DNA of 64,000 nucleotides, from the NCBI GenBank assembly GCA_001179505.1, contig CDMY01000351.1, positions 41,913-105,912 on the forward strand, written 5' to 3'. The translations under genes and the position numbers were made by a program. Source of the DNA: Vitrella brassicaformis CCMP3155 (lineage: Eukaryota; Protista; Chromerida). The notes under the pieces are model-generated. The model worked only from the letters and a program-made list of their open reading frames with translations. It was not told where the DNA came from and did no database searches. Positions 12,601 through 26,202 of this stretch are shown here, piece after piece (position 1 is the stretch's first letter; each line of letters starts with the position of its first letter).

Positions 12601-15600
12601 GACACAGAGAGACGTGGGTGAATGTCTGCCCCTCGTGAGCACCTGAGTGCTTTCGGCTGTGTCTTGTCGGACTTGGTATCCACTGGCTGTGGCGGCGGTG
12701 CCTTGCCCTTTCCTGCCGGCGCAGGTGCCGCCTTGCCCTTGGCAGCTGCCTTGCCGGCGGCCTCGGCTGCTGCTGCGGGTGGTTTAGGTGCAGAGGAGGT
12801 CAGGGCGGAGAGAGCCGCGTTGAGGAGGTCGTCTGCCATGTCGAGCATTGGTTTGTGAGGAATGTCTCCCACTTCCTGATGAGATCAGAGGAGATGCAGG
12901 AGTGTCTGACGGTTGGATGGATGGGCGTACCTGTGGCTGTGTGCGGAGTTGTTGGTGTGAGGCAAGAGCGAGCAGCCACTCGCCTCGCACCACTGTCCAA
13001 AAGGCGCTGCAGTAGCCGTCGTAAACATCCATAAGACGCCTGCACCCCCCCACATGCACACACCAAAGGAAAATCTGCGGACTTCCATTTCCTCCCTCCC
13101 TCCCCCCCCCCCCCCCCCNNNNNNNNNNNNNNNNNNNNNNNNNNNNNNNNNNNNNNNNNNNNNNNNNNNNNNNNNNNNNNNNNNNNNNNNNNNNNNNNNN
13201 NNNNNNNNNNNNNNNNNNNNNNNNNNNNNNNNNNNNNNNNNNNNNNNNNNNNNNNNNNNNNNNNNNNNNNNNNNNNNNNNNNNNNNNNNNNNNNNNNNNN
13301 NNNNNNNNNNNNNNNNNNNNNNNNNNNNNNNNNNNNNNNNNNNNNNNNNNNNNNNNNNNNNNNNNNNNNNNNNNNNNNNNNNNNNNNNNNNNNNNNNNNN
13401 NNNNNNNNNNNNNNNNNNCCCCTCTCTCACTCAGCCAGCTGCCACTGCCCCATCTCCGTCACCGCCTTATCGTTGGCCTCGTCATCAATCGGCAGGTCGT
13501 TGCGGAACGGCGCCGGACAAGGGTCGGTGTTGATGGCGTCAGATCCGCCTCCCGTGTCTCCTCGTGAAGGGTCGCCATCGTTGCCTCTGGCAGGTGATGT
13601 GATGGATGAGTCGGTGGATGGGGTGAGGAGTGAGGGGAAGGGGAGGTCGTGGCCGCGCGAGATGGACCAGATGAGCCGCTGAGCCGCAGCAAAGTCGCCA
13701 ATCCTGACAGACAGAGACACCGAGAAGGTTGCACTGCACATGGAGGGGTGTGAGGAAGCGTGTGCGGCCGACCGTATCAGAATGGATGCTCGCATGAGTC
13801 GCGACTTGCATGTTCTTTGGGCGTTGCGGCAGATGTCTATCGCGATGTGTTCGTGGAGTGCACAGATGCCCACGAGAGGCGCCAGGGCGAAGTCGTATAG
13901 CTGCAGCGTCTGCACGAACCACTCCAAGGCCTGTCAGCCACCATACCATCGAAGAGAGTAGGCATCATCCCTCCCGAATCGTATCTCTCTCTTCGATCTT
14001 ACCTCCAGAACAGCGACTGGGTCGACGCCGCCCACGCCGGGCTGCGCAAACGCCCCCGAGCCCATCCGCCACCCCTTGACCACCTCACGCACCCGCACGT
14101 CCCACACAATCCCAACACCGGTGCCATTGTTATCGTTGTCGGGTGGCGCATGTGTGTGTGGGGGATGTGCGGCGAGCAGCTGTGTGATAATGGCTGATGC
14201 GAAGAGGGAGACATTGAGGTGCAGCGATGCCTGTGATGGGTGGACGAGTGTTGCGGTGCGGTGGAGGGCGAGGAGGGAGAGGAGGCAGCACTCCGCCCGT
14301 GTGGGTGTCTCGGGGGCACACAGCTCCAGCTGACAAGGCAAGCGGCATCCATCCATCCATATGTAGCATCACCCACACTCCCACTCTCACCCACCTGTTG
14401 CCACGTATCGATGGCGTTGACACTCCTGTAAGTGAAGTCGACTGCCTCCCTCCAGGCCTTGCCCGCCCCCTCTGTGTCTCTGCCCACCCACAGCAAGTGG
14501 CCCAGCTCCAGCAGCGCCTGCACCACCAGGTTGGTCAGCTGCTTCTTGCGCAAGAGCTCAATCGTCTGCCGATAAGACGACACCAGCCGAGACAGATCAG
14601 CGTTGGAGGGCCGACCTGAGTGAGACGCACCAAAGGCCTTTTACCTCCCCTCTTTGTGTGTATGTGTGGAGTAGACGGAGGTTACTTGTGTCTGTGCTGC
14701 TGTTGTTGCTGCTGCTGCTGTCTGTGAGCTGCTGCACGAACTGGGTGAGTGTTCGTTTGTTCTGTCTCCACTCGACGATGGCTGCCGGGGTGGCCTTGCG
14801 GGAGCGGTCGACAGCGGCGGTGAGCAGACTGTGGAGGGCCCTGAACGACCGCAGCTCCTCATACTGACGGAGCGCCCCATACACACACGTGTTTTACATG
14901 TGTGTCGGATTGTCGCCCTTTCCGCTCGCGCTCACCTGTTGGCTGAGCACGTCGGCATAGACTTGCTTTCTGTGGTTGTAGAGCTGCTCCTCATCAGACA
15001 AGAGACCAGCCAACGCCAGGGCCCTGCGTACACACAGAGAAAGGATCGCGTTGCGTGTAGAAGTGTGTGGTCCGCGAGTGTGAGCCGCCCGCACGTACCG
15101 CGCTTTTCTCCTGTCCTTGACTTTGTTGTAGTGGTCGAACTCTGCCTGTGTGGCCGAGACATGCTCCTCCGTGGCCTTGATGGCCGCACGGCACTGCTCT
15201 ATGACATGCTCTTGAGCGGAGAGTGCGAAGGGCAGCAGCTGACCTGCATCACCACAGACACAGTATGGTTGGTTACTCGTGGGCGTGTGTGTCTGTGTGT
15301 GTGTGTGTGTGTGTGTTGTGGGTATGGGTGCGTGTTTTGCTGACTGACCGGCGAATGAGTCGTTGGTGAGGGCGTTGAACTGTCTGATGATGCCTATGAC
15401 AGCCGGCCACTTGCGGCGTGTGAAAGCGCACTGCACAGCGATGCCCACCAGACGGCCCAAGGCAGGCACATCCACGCCGCTGCTCACCATCCCTGCACTC
15501 ACACACACATAGACACACACACATAGATGGGATGGAGACAGTTGGTGGGATTGGCTGGCTCACCTTACCTTCGAACCACTGGTCTTCTCCCCTGTCTTCG

Positions 15601-18600
15601 TCCCCCTCCCCCTCTCCCCCTCTCAGCTTGGTGGCCTCCATCGTACCCTCCCGCCCGCCACGCCAGGGCAGATCCAGCGCACTCCGGCGCGATGTCTCCT
15701 CCTCGGTGCTCTCTTGCTGCTGCTCGCTTCTGCCTTGGATGCAGGATGGAATGGCTGGCGGCTCCTGTGCCAGCTCTTCCAGCTGCTCGTTCGGCACCCA
15801 CTCCTTCTCCCCGCCCCTCTCCTCCTGTCGTCTCCTTAGCACCGCCATGCAGTCCATCGTCACTTGGCACAACACCACCACGTCCAACCACAGACCCTCC
15901 CTTGCCGCCGCATCTCCGCCCTGTTCTTCGTCTTTGTCCTCATCAGTGGTGCCTGTTGTGGGATTGGCAAGCTCGTGTGGCGTCGGGCAGAGGTGCAACA
16001 GTGCGTTGAGGGCGGCGAGTGAGGCCACCATGGCCAGCCGGGGGGAGCCGGAGAGGTGTGCCAGCACGGCCGCCTTAACGAGACAGGACAGGATCGTCTC
16101 GAGCAGTCTCATGCCCTCCTGTCTCGTCACTTCTCTCCACGACGGAAGAGGGGGCTCCTCGGCGTCCGCCTCCTCTGCCCCCTCATCGTCATCTTCGTTC
16201 TGTCCCTCCCCCTCTCTCTCTTCGCCTGTAGTCTCTGGCTCAGCAACAGCAGCAGCAGCAGCGGGGACTCTCTCCACCTCGGGTAGCTGCAGCTGCATGA
16301 CGTCATAGAAGGCGAAGTGGCCAGGAGGGATGGAGAACACCTCCCTGTCGCTCTCCTCATCGCCGCTCTCTGCTTCCGGCGGCTGTGCCTTGAGTCTCTT
16401 CTGCAGCTGGGCGAGGGCCAGTGAGGCTTTGAGAATCATCACCTCTGCCAGCCAAGCGGCCGACGGGTGACGCATGACCTTCTCCCGCAGCTCCAGGCTG
16501 GTGGGCGGGGGCGGTGGTGGCTCCTCTGCCTCCTCGCCTTCATCACCCTGCTCGCCGGATTCCTCTCCTTCTTCGCCCTCCTCCCCTTCCTCTGTGTCTT
16601 TGGCCTTTGTCTCTTCGGTTGGCGGCAGGGTGACGGCTGATAGAGGAGCCGACTCGATGACGGACGCATCTGTGGTTACGAACGCCCTCTCGATGCCGAC
16701 TATGTCTTCTACAGTCTGGCTGACGCCCTCTGACTCATCACCGCCACCCATCTTCTCCGCGACCTCATCCACAGCTGCCAAATCCTCCGTCTGCTCGTCT
16801 GCCCCCCTCAGTCCCTTTACAGTGAGGAATCTCCTCAGGCTCAGCACCGCCACTTGCGCCCACAGCGGGTGATCGACAGGCAAGGTGCCGTCGCGACACA
16901 CCTGCAGCGCAGCACCGTACTTGCCATCGCCAAAGTGCCGGAGGATCGTCGTCAGTGGCTCCTTGGCTGCATCGTGTCCGTGCTCTGTGGATGGCAGGAG
17001 AGTGAACAGCCGCGAGGGAATGTCAGACGATGTGAAGTGCCCGGTGAGTGCGAGAAGCAGGGTGAGGTCTCCAACGCCCTTGAGCTGGCCCACCAGTGGC
17101 TGCACGGCGGGCGAGGCCGTGTAGCGGTCGGCAGAGTCGCTTGACAGAAGGGGAGGAAGGTAGGGAAGCTGGCTGAGCTGTGTGGCGGCTGTGATGATGT
17201 GGAACACCAGTGAGGCCACCGTTGCCCTGGCCTGGGGGTCCCAACCCACTCGAGGCTCGCCGTTGGCATCATCCCCCTCTGCTGATTCTGATGTTGCTGC
17301 GATGCCCTCCACAGCCACGATGGCCTTACTGAACGCCTGAAGGAAAAAAGATAGTGGGAAGAAACGGTGTGTGTGTGCGGGGGTGCGTGTGCGGACCTCC
17401 AGTAGCTGTGCTGGTTTGGTCTTGAGGGTGAGGAATGGCTGGGCGCTCCAGAGGATCAGAGACACACACCGGAAGACCGTCTCGCTCTCACCAGACCTAC
17501 ACACACAAGCGGCAAATGGGCAGAGAAAGGACACAGCACGTGAAGACGTACAGCAGGTACCTCCTGGCGGCGTCGAGAGCGATGAGGACCTCATTGAGCA
17601 TGCGAAAGATGGCCACCTGCATTGTATGTAAACGAACAAGGAAGAAAAGAGTGATGCTGCTGCGTCACCTGTCTACCTACCTGTGCAGCACGATTGCACG
17701 GGAAGGGAAGACTGGGCTGCTGCTGGACAACCCTCTCGTACTGACGAATGTCGACAAGAAAGAGGCAATCGATCATTCCGTTTGTGCTGCTGTGTGTGTC
17801 TGTATGCGGGTACTTTGTTGCATATGCATTTGGCAAAGCCATCCAGTACTGCCGTGCCGATCCTGTCTGCAGAAAGCACACACGTGCCATCCCATCTCGT
17901 GTCTCTCACCGACCTGCCCACCTACCGGCGACATCGGTTTTGAGCTGCCACTCGCCCAGGCCCCCCCTCCATGCGTGTTTCGGCTTCCGCTCGCACATCC
18001 ACAGCCACAGCTGGCGCCAACACGCGTCCAGCACCGCAACCACATCCAGCCGCTGGGCCACCTCGAGCACCCGACACAGCAGTAAAGGAACAGGCAGAGG
18101 CAGGTACGTGCCTGTGGGAAAGAGAGACATCTGTCAATGTTGATATGGGTGTGTGGCTGTGTGCATGGTTGCCTATGGTGGGTGAGGTGGGGCTGATCTG
18201 TATGTCAGTTGGCGGAGGGAGGGGGTCCCCCCCGCTGGTGCGGATCTGGTGCTTGAGCTGCCGCAGGGTGGCCATGCCCTCATCGCCACTCTCTGCAGCG
18301 GCCGTCAGGGCGTCGCTGTAGGACGTGCTCTCGTACGCACACGCAACTGAGCCACACAAAGACACACACACACAAAGACACACACACCCCCAATCCACAC
18401 GTCCCCCGCCCCTCCTCTCTTGATCTGCCATTCATTCATCATTACAAACATAATGTGCATTTGGCGTCAGGTCCCGTATCTCCACTGCCGTCGCGCCCCG
18501 CTGCGCCACGCCAGCACCCTTGAGGTGCGTGTGGATCGTCGCCACCATCACCGACGTCCCTCCGCCGTAGGGCTTGCCGTACGCCACCACATTGAGGTGT

Positions 18601-21600
18601 GGCATGCCACTGGGCGTGTGGGGCAGTAGCAGCCGGACAGACGTCGGCGAGCGGCCGATTGGGAGGGGGCCGGGGGTGGCCAGCCGGCCCTTGTGGGGAG
18701 ATGGGACGACTGAAAGACAGAGGAGAGAGCGAGAGGGACAGATTGTGGGTGCGGAAATGGGTGGTTCGCACGCTACCATTTCCGTGTGTGTCGATGTAGT
18801 CGAGGAGCTTCCCCTCCATCTCAGCTGCTGCTTCCACCTCCTGCATTGCCTTTGCCAGTGCCTGAGGCGCCACAGTGGGACGGCGCTCACCCAGCCCACA
18901 GTAGAACAAACACCTGAACAACGACAAGGGCAGGAAAGAGAGAGACAGAGAATCTTATGGATGGGCAGAGGGACGGAAGCACACACAACACTACATTCAC
19001 CTGAGGTAAGGGTTATCTCCCAGCTCAGCGATCATGTCGGCTTCCTGGTAGCTGAGCTCCACCTTCTTGCTCACAATGCCCGCAGCATTCTGCAGCTCGA
19101 TCGTGCGGGTCGTTAGCTCCTTGAGGGTCTTCTTCGCCTCGGCCTTGGGCATGGCCGTCGACACCGTCTGTGTTGTAAGCGTGGGCTGCTGCTGGGCGAC
19201 TGTGGCAAGAGTCAGAGGAGCGACGGACTTGTGCAGCTGCCAAAGACAGGAGAGATGCACAACGAGTGAGAGTATGCAGACACTGACTTCGTCAGTCATT
19301 GTCTTTGGCGTCTCAGATTACATTGAATTCGAGCCACAAGAGCATCTGGTACAGCTCCTTCAGCAGCCCCAGCTCACGCAACACCCCTCCACCCACCACA
19401 TGATGCGCGTCCTTAAGCTGGCCCTCCCTCTGCCTCACCCCTCTGGGATCAGCCGACACCACCACAGCAGGCTGCAGCATCCCATCCAGCTCCTCAGACT
19501 CACCCTGCCCGCAGTTGGACCGTGCGGCGATGTGCGCCTCCATCCCACTGATGGCCGAGCGGATCGTCTGGATTGCGGGGCGGTAGTGGTGAGCTTCGGC
19601 GAGCAGTGCGGCGGTGACGTGGGCGAGAGAGGCGACGGTGAGGGCATCACGACTGCGGACGGACACCAAAAGCTGACACACATGGAGACAACACATGGAG
19701 ACATGTCTCTACAGATGCGATTGTGTACCTTGCACAGAATTGGCAGGCATTCGCGGAGAGTCTCTGCCCACTGCTGGAGCCCTTTATGCTCGTCGGGTGA
19801 GATCAGAGCCTCTCGCGTCTCATGTCGGCGGCGCATGCGCTCGATACGGAGCAACACGGGACGGCAGAACGCGCGATACGCCTTTGACAAGAACAAAACA
19901 GAGAGAGAAAGAGGGAGGGGGAGAGACTCACGGGTGCGCTCACGGTCTCCTCTGCCACGTACATGGAGGGCCAAGTCTTCCAGGAGGTCTCCGTATTCGC
20001 CAATAACGAGTGGCGCGATCGTGCCCTCAGTCAGGCGCTTCAGGTACCGGCAGAACACACCAAGCCTCTCCCTCATATGCCCCTCCCCATCTCCCTCCGT
20101 CTCCCCCGTCTCTGTGGAGACGACAACGACTGCCCGAAACAGCCCCAGCAGCATCGCGACTCGTCTCAGCAACGGGGGTGTTGGATCGGCATTGAGGGCC
20201 GCAAGCACATACACATAACGCTGGAAGGGCTTTCTCTGCGCGAAATGAAGGACGCACAAGGGGTGTGTGTGCACGTTGTCGGCTTCTCGATACCAAGAGT
20301 GCCTCAGGTGTCTGCTTGAGGTCTCTGCCGACGATCCAGTTGTGCTGTGGGCTGGGTGAGGTCAGGTGGAGGCACGTGGATGTGACGACGGTCAGTGAGC
20401 GGACGGGGTCGGTGAGGGCCTCCATGTCGTCCAGCAGGGGACTGTCCATAGCGCCCTCTGCACTCTAACACACAAGACACAATAATGCAACGACAGTGTG
20501 CTGCAGAAGAGCGACAGTTGTTGTTGTCGTGTCTCACCCACCAGATCGGTCAGATCTTCCATCAGCTTCGGTGTTGTCTTGCTGTCGCCCCCTCCCTCCT
20601 CTCCTTCCCCCTCCTCCTCACCTGCATCTCCTTCTCCCTCACCGCTGTCCACTTTCGGTTCGTCTTCGACCTTCCTCTTGTCAAACAGCCCCTGCTCCCT
20701 CCCATACACAAACGGGTCACTCGCCCACACGTCCGCCTCTCTGTATCGCAGGTACACCAAGAACGGCATGGTGCCCCTCACACACTCGGCACCCACATGT
20801 GGCTCCACGGGCAGCGGAAGAGCGCCCCCGTCCAGCAATGGGGGCGGGGGCGAGTCGCTCCCATGTGCAGGTGGGTGGGACACCTCATCGACCAGCCGCC
20901 TCCTGACTGCGTAGAACATCTTGGCCGCCTCGCCTTTCAGGTCCTCGTGGCTGCCATCGAGCCCCAGAGAGGGGAAGACGGTCGTCATGGCCCTGATGGG
21001 TGGGGGTGAGGGCTGCGGGCGGGTGGTGAGGTCGTGGAGGGCCAGGGCATCGCCCTGCGGAGGGCGCCTGTCAAAGACAATGCCGAGAGAGCAGAGGCGG
21101 GTGGCTGAGCGGAGAAGGCATGGGAGGGGAGCGGGGGATGACGAGCGGTTGGCCTCCATTACTGCAATCGGGTCGAAGAACCGGCCGATGAGATGCACCT
21201 GACATCCATGGGACTCGTCCACCCCTCCCTCACCTCAGCCATTCCCATCTAGCCCTTCACCCACCTGCAGCGGCACTTTGATATCGTCAGCCCCGCCCTC
21301 CTTTTTCTCAGCCCTTCTCCTCCTGAACGCGGCAATGGCATGTGAGTTGAGGTCGGTGCCCAGGGCCTTCCATCCCTCGGGCGGGCTGGGAGGCGGTGGC
21401 GGCGATGCCGGCGCAGTGGGGGGCGGGGCATCGGCCTCCTGTCCTGGTTTGGGGGGAGGAGGGGGAGGGTCCTCGGCTGGCGCACACAACACGTCGATTT
21501 CCTCCAAGGGAGGGTCATAGAGATTCCTGCATATGGTGGACACACAGGAAAGTGGTCAGTGTGAGAGAGGTAGGGACGGGGGCAGCACACAGCATGAGCG

Positions 21601-23849
21601 TACCTGAGGAGGCATCTGAGCCTCATGCTTTGCAGCAGAGGTGTGAACGCATCCCACTGCTCCAGACCGAATGTGTGCATGAGCAGCGTCAGGTGGACAG
21701 ACAGGGGGAAGGCTTGTGAGGACATCTGCGCAATTTCCACAGCGATCCGCAGCTGCTTCTCTGTCATTTTGGTGGTCTCGTCTTCATTTTCAACTGCTGC
21801 AGGGGCATCTGAGCTCAGCAATCACCAGAGAGACATGTGGTATGTGTGTGTGTGTTAATGTGTGCGTGTGTGGCATCATGCTGATCCATCCATCTCTCTC
21901 ACCTTCATTGCTCTCATCGGCTGCTGCAGGTGGCGGAATTGGCTGCCTCAGGTATGCTTCTGCTTTGTCTGCCGCCTCGCTCATCCGACGCATGTGCACC
22001 TCCACATAAGGCATGATCGCACCCACCAACGTGATCTGCACACAGGCAAACGAGTGCGAGAGCCTCAACTTGCAGGCCTGCCTCCATCTGACACTCACCT
22101 GTTTCTCTTTGACTTCATCTGACGTCAGCCGCTTCCCCGTGTCATCTTGCTGTGCGGGCGGCTGACCTCCCTTGGCTTTGGCCTTTGGCTCGGCTTTCGG
22201 GGCGGCTTTGGCCTTTGCCTTTGCCTTTGGGTCTGGGGGTGCCTGTTTCTCGTCCTCTTCTTCCGCAGGGGGCGTTGCGGGGGACTCCTCAGGCAGCTCG
22301 AATGGCTCTACCTGCGGACAGATATAAAGAAGGTATCATGAAATGATGATCCTTCTTCTGCGTGTGGTTTGGCTCACCGGTTGTGAAGGGGGCATGATCC
22401 GGTTATCAAAGTGCCCCCCCATCCCCATGCACTCCACCACCCACCCCACCAACCCGTCGCTCATCGCATCGGCCTCCAACTGCTCCACACCCGCAGTGCC
22501 GCCACCAGTGTCCACACCTTTCTTCGGAGGCGCTTTGGGTGCTGCCTTGCCTTTGGGTGCTGCAGCTGCTGGTGCGGGGGGCGGCTTGTCGTCAGGTAAA
22601 GAGGGAAGGGGGCGGGGAGGGACGAGAGAAAGGATGGACGATATCAGCGCTGGTGTGATACGCGGAAGAAGAAACAACAAAGACGTCTGGCCGCATCGCA
22701 GCGGATTGGTCATGTGTCACCTTGAGCATCGATTTTGCTGGCCCAGTACATGCCTTTGAGCTTCATTGCCTCCACCTTCTTGTCTCCCATGTCCAGCAGG
22801 GCCAATGTCTCGGTCGGCACCACCTCATCCCTTTCCTCCAGGCTCCTCAGCCTTTCCACCTCGCTTTTTGCGGTCTCAAGGGTCTTCAGTGCATCGAAAG
22901 GCTTTCCTGACAACAAAGGACAACACTCACATTCAGACATTGCTGTCTACTGTCGCATAATTCTCACCAAGGTTGAGCAGACAGGTTGAGAGAGAGAACG
23001 ACATGCGGAGGCGAATTGGGAGGTACTGTGGGGTCAGGAGTGGAAGGGAGGACGCCATGTGTGCGATGGCGTATGCGAGAAAGGGCGGCGTGAGGTATGG
23101 CAAGTGGTGGACACACAGATAGCGGCAGATACGATCGATCAGAAGACTGGCGTTGTATATCACCTGCACAAGACAACGGAAGGATCGATACCTTAATGCT
23201 TAGGTTAGTGTGCAATGCTACCCAGTACAGCGGCTCCTTCACGTCCTGTGCCTGCTGGCCACATATCCTCAGCACTTCGAACAGGTCCACCAGGCTCCTC
23301 CTAACATGTCTAACGGCCCCTTCCCTCCCCAGCCACCCCTCCCGCTCAACCACACCCCTGTACCGACAGAACGCCCTCCCAATCAGCAGCGGCAGACACA
23401 CCTCCAGCACCCGCCGCCTTTCGCTGTCCTCCTTCTCCCCTGTTGTCTTGGCTGCTGTGGCTAGCGCCTGCTGCAGCACGGTGTCTAGAAGGTGGCTGTA
23501 CGGCCGGATGACCGCATGGTAGGCCAGGTGCCAGTCGTTGTGTTCGAGCAGGGCACAGATCAGTGTGAGGAGACGGGAGAGGAAGGGCAGAGGTGCACCG
23601 GGAGCCTTGTGCAGAAGAGCCAATTCGTACGCCTGTCGCAGGGTGCCGCATCGCTCCAGCTGCAGATAGGCATGACACAGCAAACGCCGCTCTGCGGGTA
23701 GTGGTGTGCTTGCAATGCGCATGGCTCACTGTGTCTTTGTTCGGAGCGGCGTTTGCAGGAGTCTTTTTCGTCGCTTCGATGACTTGATGTACCTTGAGGT
23801 CCAAATCGGAGAGGAACACCTCGCTCGAATCACTGCCGCGTTCACCCAT
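9700..23849 (-). CDS. CFAP54: Cilia- and flagella-associated protein 54 homolog (very large, multi-exon)
   Basis: ATG at 23849 (MGERGSDSSEV). N-terminal exons LYWVALHTNLSIK|VIYNASLLIDRICRYL...SLPLLTPQYLPIRLR...AKSEVERLRSLEE match the CFAP54 N-terminal domain pattern as I recall it. Internal IRDLTPNAHYV segment, many helical TPR-like exons, and long uninterrupted exons (e.g. ORFs 15273-17639, 10513-12216). Last exon boundary approximate. Confidence 0.8.
13119..13418. other. Assembly gap (300 N) inside a CFAP54 intron, next to a poly-C run
   Basis: Run of N flanked by a C homopolymer. Confidence 1.
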
Positions 23850-24051
23850 GGCGACGCTTTTTTTCGGTATTTGGGCAGGGAACTGGGGGCCAAAAGCTTG
23901 CAAGCCCCCCCGTCTCAGATTCCTGATGGCATTTCTGCGCCCAGCTGCCCGTTTCCAAGCCCATTTCAGTCAGGGGGCCGAGTGACTTCTCTCTGACCGC
24001 CAGGGGCATCGCTTCTCCTTTTACCTTTGTCGCCTTTTCTCTTCCTCTGCA

Positions 24052-25079
24052 GCTGCACTGGGGGACCGATGGAAATGGAAATGCGGATGGATTGTTGGCA
24101 ATTCTGTGGTGCAGTGCGTGGTAGACCTCCTGAGGACCCACTTTGAGGTGAAGCGAACTGATGAAGAACTGATGAAGGAGCTCACGCTGACCTTGCTGTG
24201 CGGCCCCTTGGTGTGGACACGGATGAGTGGCTGCCACTGCAAGTGAAGGCATGCCGAGAAAGCAGCTGCAGCAGCACCGGTCGTTGGCACTTTCATCGTC
24301 TTCATCACCCCGGGATGCCCGTCATCTGCATTGCTCTCAGAGACTATCGCATTTGGGTGTACTGCGGCACGATGCTCAGCAATCGGCAGGTGCGACATGT
24401 GACTGTGACCCAAGGGGGCTGCTGGGATCAGCCGGAGTACCGCTGTTCACCAGAGCTGCTGTCGTCGCGTCTGCTCGGGGCCTACAGCGGTGGTCTCTTT
24501 CCCAAACAATCGATTGCAGCCATTATGATGCAGCACTCGGACGCGTCGAGAAAGGGCGAGGCATCGGTTGCTGCTTGGGGCCAGCTGTTGTCCGCAGCCG
24601 GAGTACTGATCCGCCATGGAGCATTCCATGGACGGACACCTGTGGATGCGATTTGGGCATGGGGTGGCAAGAAGACCCGCATATAGCACAAAACTTCTCG
24701 AGGCTGTCGAAAACAAAATTCGAAGTTCGTCACGCTGCAGAAACACGCAGGGTACATCGACGGCCGCTACGAACGATTTCAACTTTATGACCATACCGAT
24801 TTCGACTTTCTAGCCGTGACTCTTTCGCAAACGGCTCAATATCTCTATTTCGTTCCCATGGACAAGCTCAGAGTGCGGAGACTGGTGAACAGCCCTGGAC
24901 AAACAAGGGAATCCATGGCCTCTGCTGTCTTCTTTTATCCCACCGACGTGTTGAAAATACGCGCCGCCAAGCCCATGGGCAAATCGCCTGACCTCTGGAC
25001 GAACCAGTATCTTATCGACGAAGGGGCAGCTGATGGAGGAGTCGCACAGCTGCACGCCATCTTGCAGCCCTACTTGTAA
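24052..25079 (+). pseudogene. Disabled gene for a tandem PD-(D/E)XK-like nuclease-fold protein
   Basis: Restored reading: VVDLLRTHFEVKRTDEGAHADLAVRP...DEWLPLQVK...VICIAL..., then VDAIW...TRI*HK...YDHTDFDFLAV...YFVPMDKL. Lesions: 11-bp tandem duplication GAACTGATGAA (24155-24176) causing a frameshift, and an in-frame TAG at 24684-24686 between ORFs 24198-24686 and 24816-25079, which share a frame. Confidence 0.7.
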
Positions 25080-25619
25080 GTCCAGAGCTAATGATCTTAT
25101 GTCTCAAGCATCTTTCTTTTCCTCTTTCCGTTCATCAGACATACGAAGCAATGCAGACAGCTGTTGGAATGCCTTTAAAAGTGAGAGACACAGAGGCTAT
25201 CGAAGAGCATATTTCACTCCTCCTTTCTCTCCCTGCGTATCTGCAGGGTTTGTTATGTGTGCGATGAAGTCACGCCATGAGTGGACTATCAGCATCCGTG
25301 AAGCGCATGTTAGCTGTGGCTTGTGTGGGAGCTGATTGCATATATTCGTGGCTTCTTCGATTGATGCTCGGATGTGACGGGCCATCAAGCCCACATGCTT
25401 GATGCTCTTATGTCTGGGGCTCCTCATTCAGCCTCCTTCACTTATCACGTGATGAACAGACCAGTCGAAGCAGACAGCTATACGGCCACACAGCACCGGC
25501 TGTGTGCACCTTGACACCATCTGTTTGCAGTGTATCTGCTGCCTTCGACACATAGGATGTGGTGGAGGGTGCAGCTGCATGCAACCCGCATTCTATATTG
25601 CTGTGGCCGATGACGCCGC

Positions 25620-25687
25620 GCTGCGTCCTCTGCCCGGCAGCACGGCCTTTCCCGCTGCGTCCTCTGCCCGGCAGCACGGCCTTTCCC
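25620..25687. repeat. Perfect 34-bp tandem duplication
   Basis: GCTGCGTCCTCTGCCCGGCAGCACGGCCTTTCCC x2. Confidence 0.95.
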
Positions 25688-26202
25688 ACTATGCAGATAT
25701 GCTTCCATGTCTACCTCTCTGCTGGCTGCACATGAACAGACACTGCGTGTGGATGGATGGATGGATGGATGCCATGCGGCGGACAGGCCTTCTCTCGTGC
25801 CAGAACTGATTGAGTTGAATGTCCAATCCATCATCCATCATGTACAAAATCGCTCCCATCGCAACAAGTTATGATGGCAACACTCAAATGTCACAGAAGA
25901 CAAAGAGCTTCGCATGCAGCGTATCGGCAGCACAGCGGACCAGTCTTTCTGTCTTCATCGATCAGTCGCCGCTGTGCTCCACATCTGTTTTTGACACACA
26001 CACACACACACACACGTGATAGAGGCCGACGTGAGGGGGCGCATGTGATGGATGCCCTCCTTTCTCTGTACCTCCGTTGCCTTTATCCACATCGTCACTC
26101 TCACATCCGTACCACATCAGCAACACCACTGTAGTTGGTGTCACCCCCCTTGCCATCCCCCTGCTGCTGTTGTTGCTGCTATTGCTGTTGCTGCTGTACT
26201 TG

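Noticed and set aside
12885-13533. ORFs spanning the N runs (also 58561-59132)
   Set aside because: Artefacts of translating assembly gaps.
25620-25687. CRISPR-like or regulatory repeat array
   Set aside because: Only two directly adjacent copies with no spacer, in a eukaryotic context.
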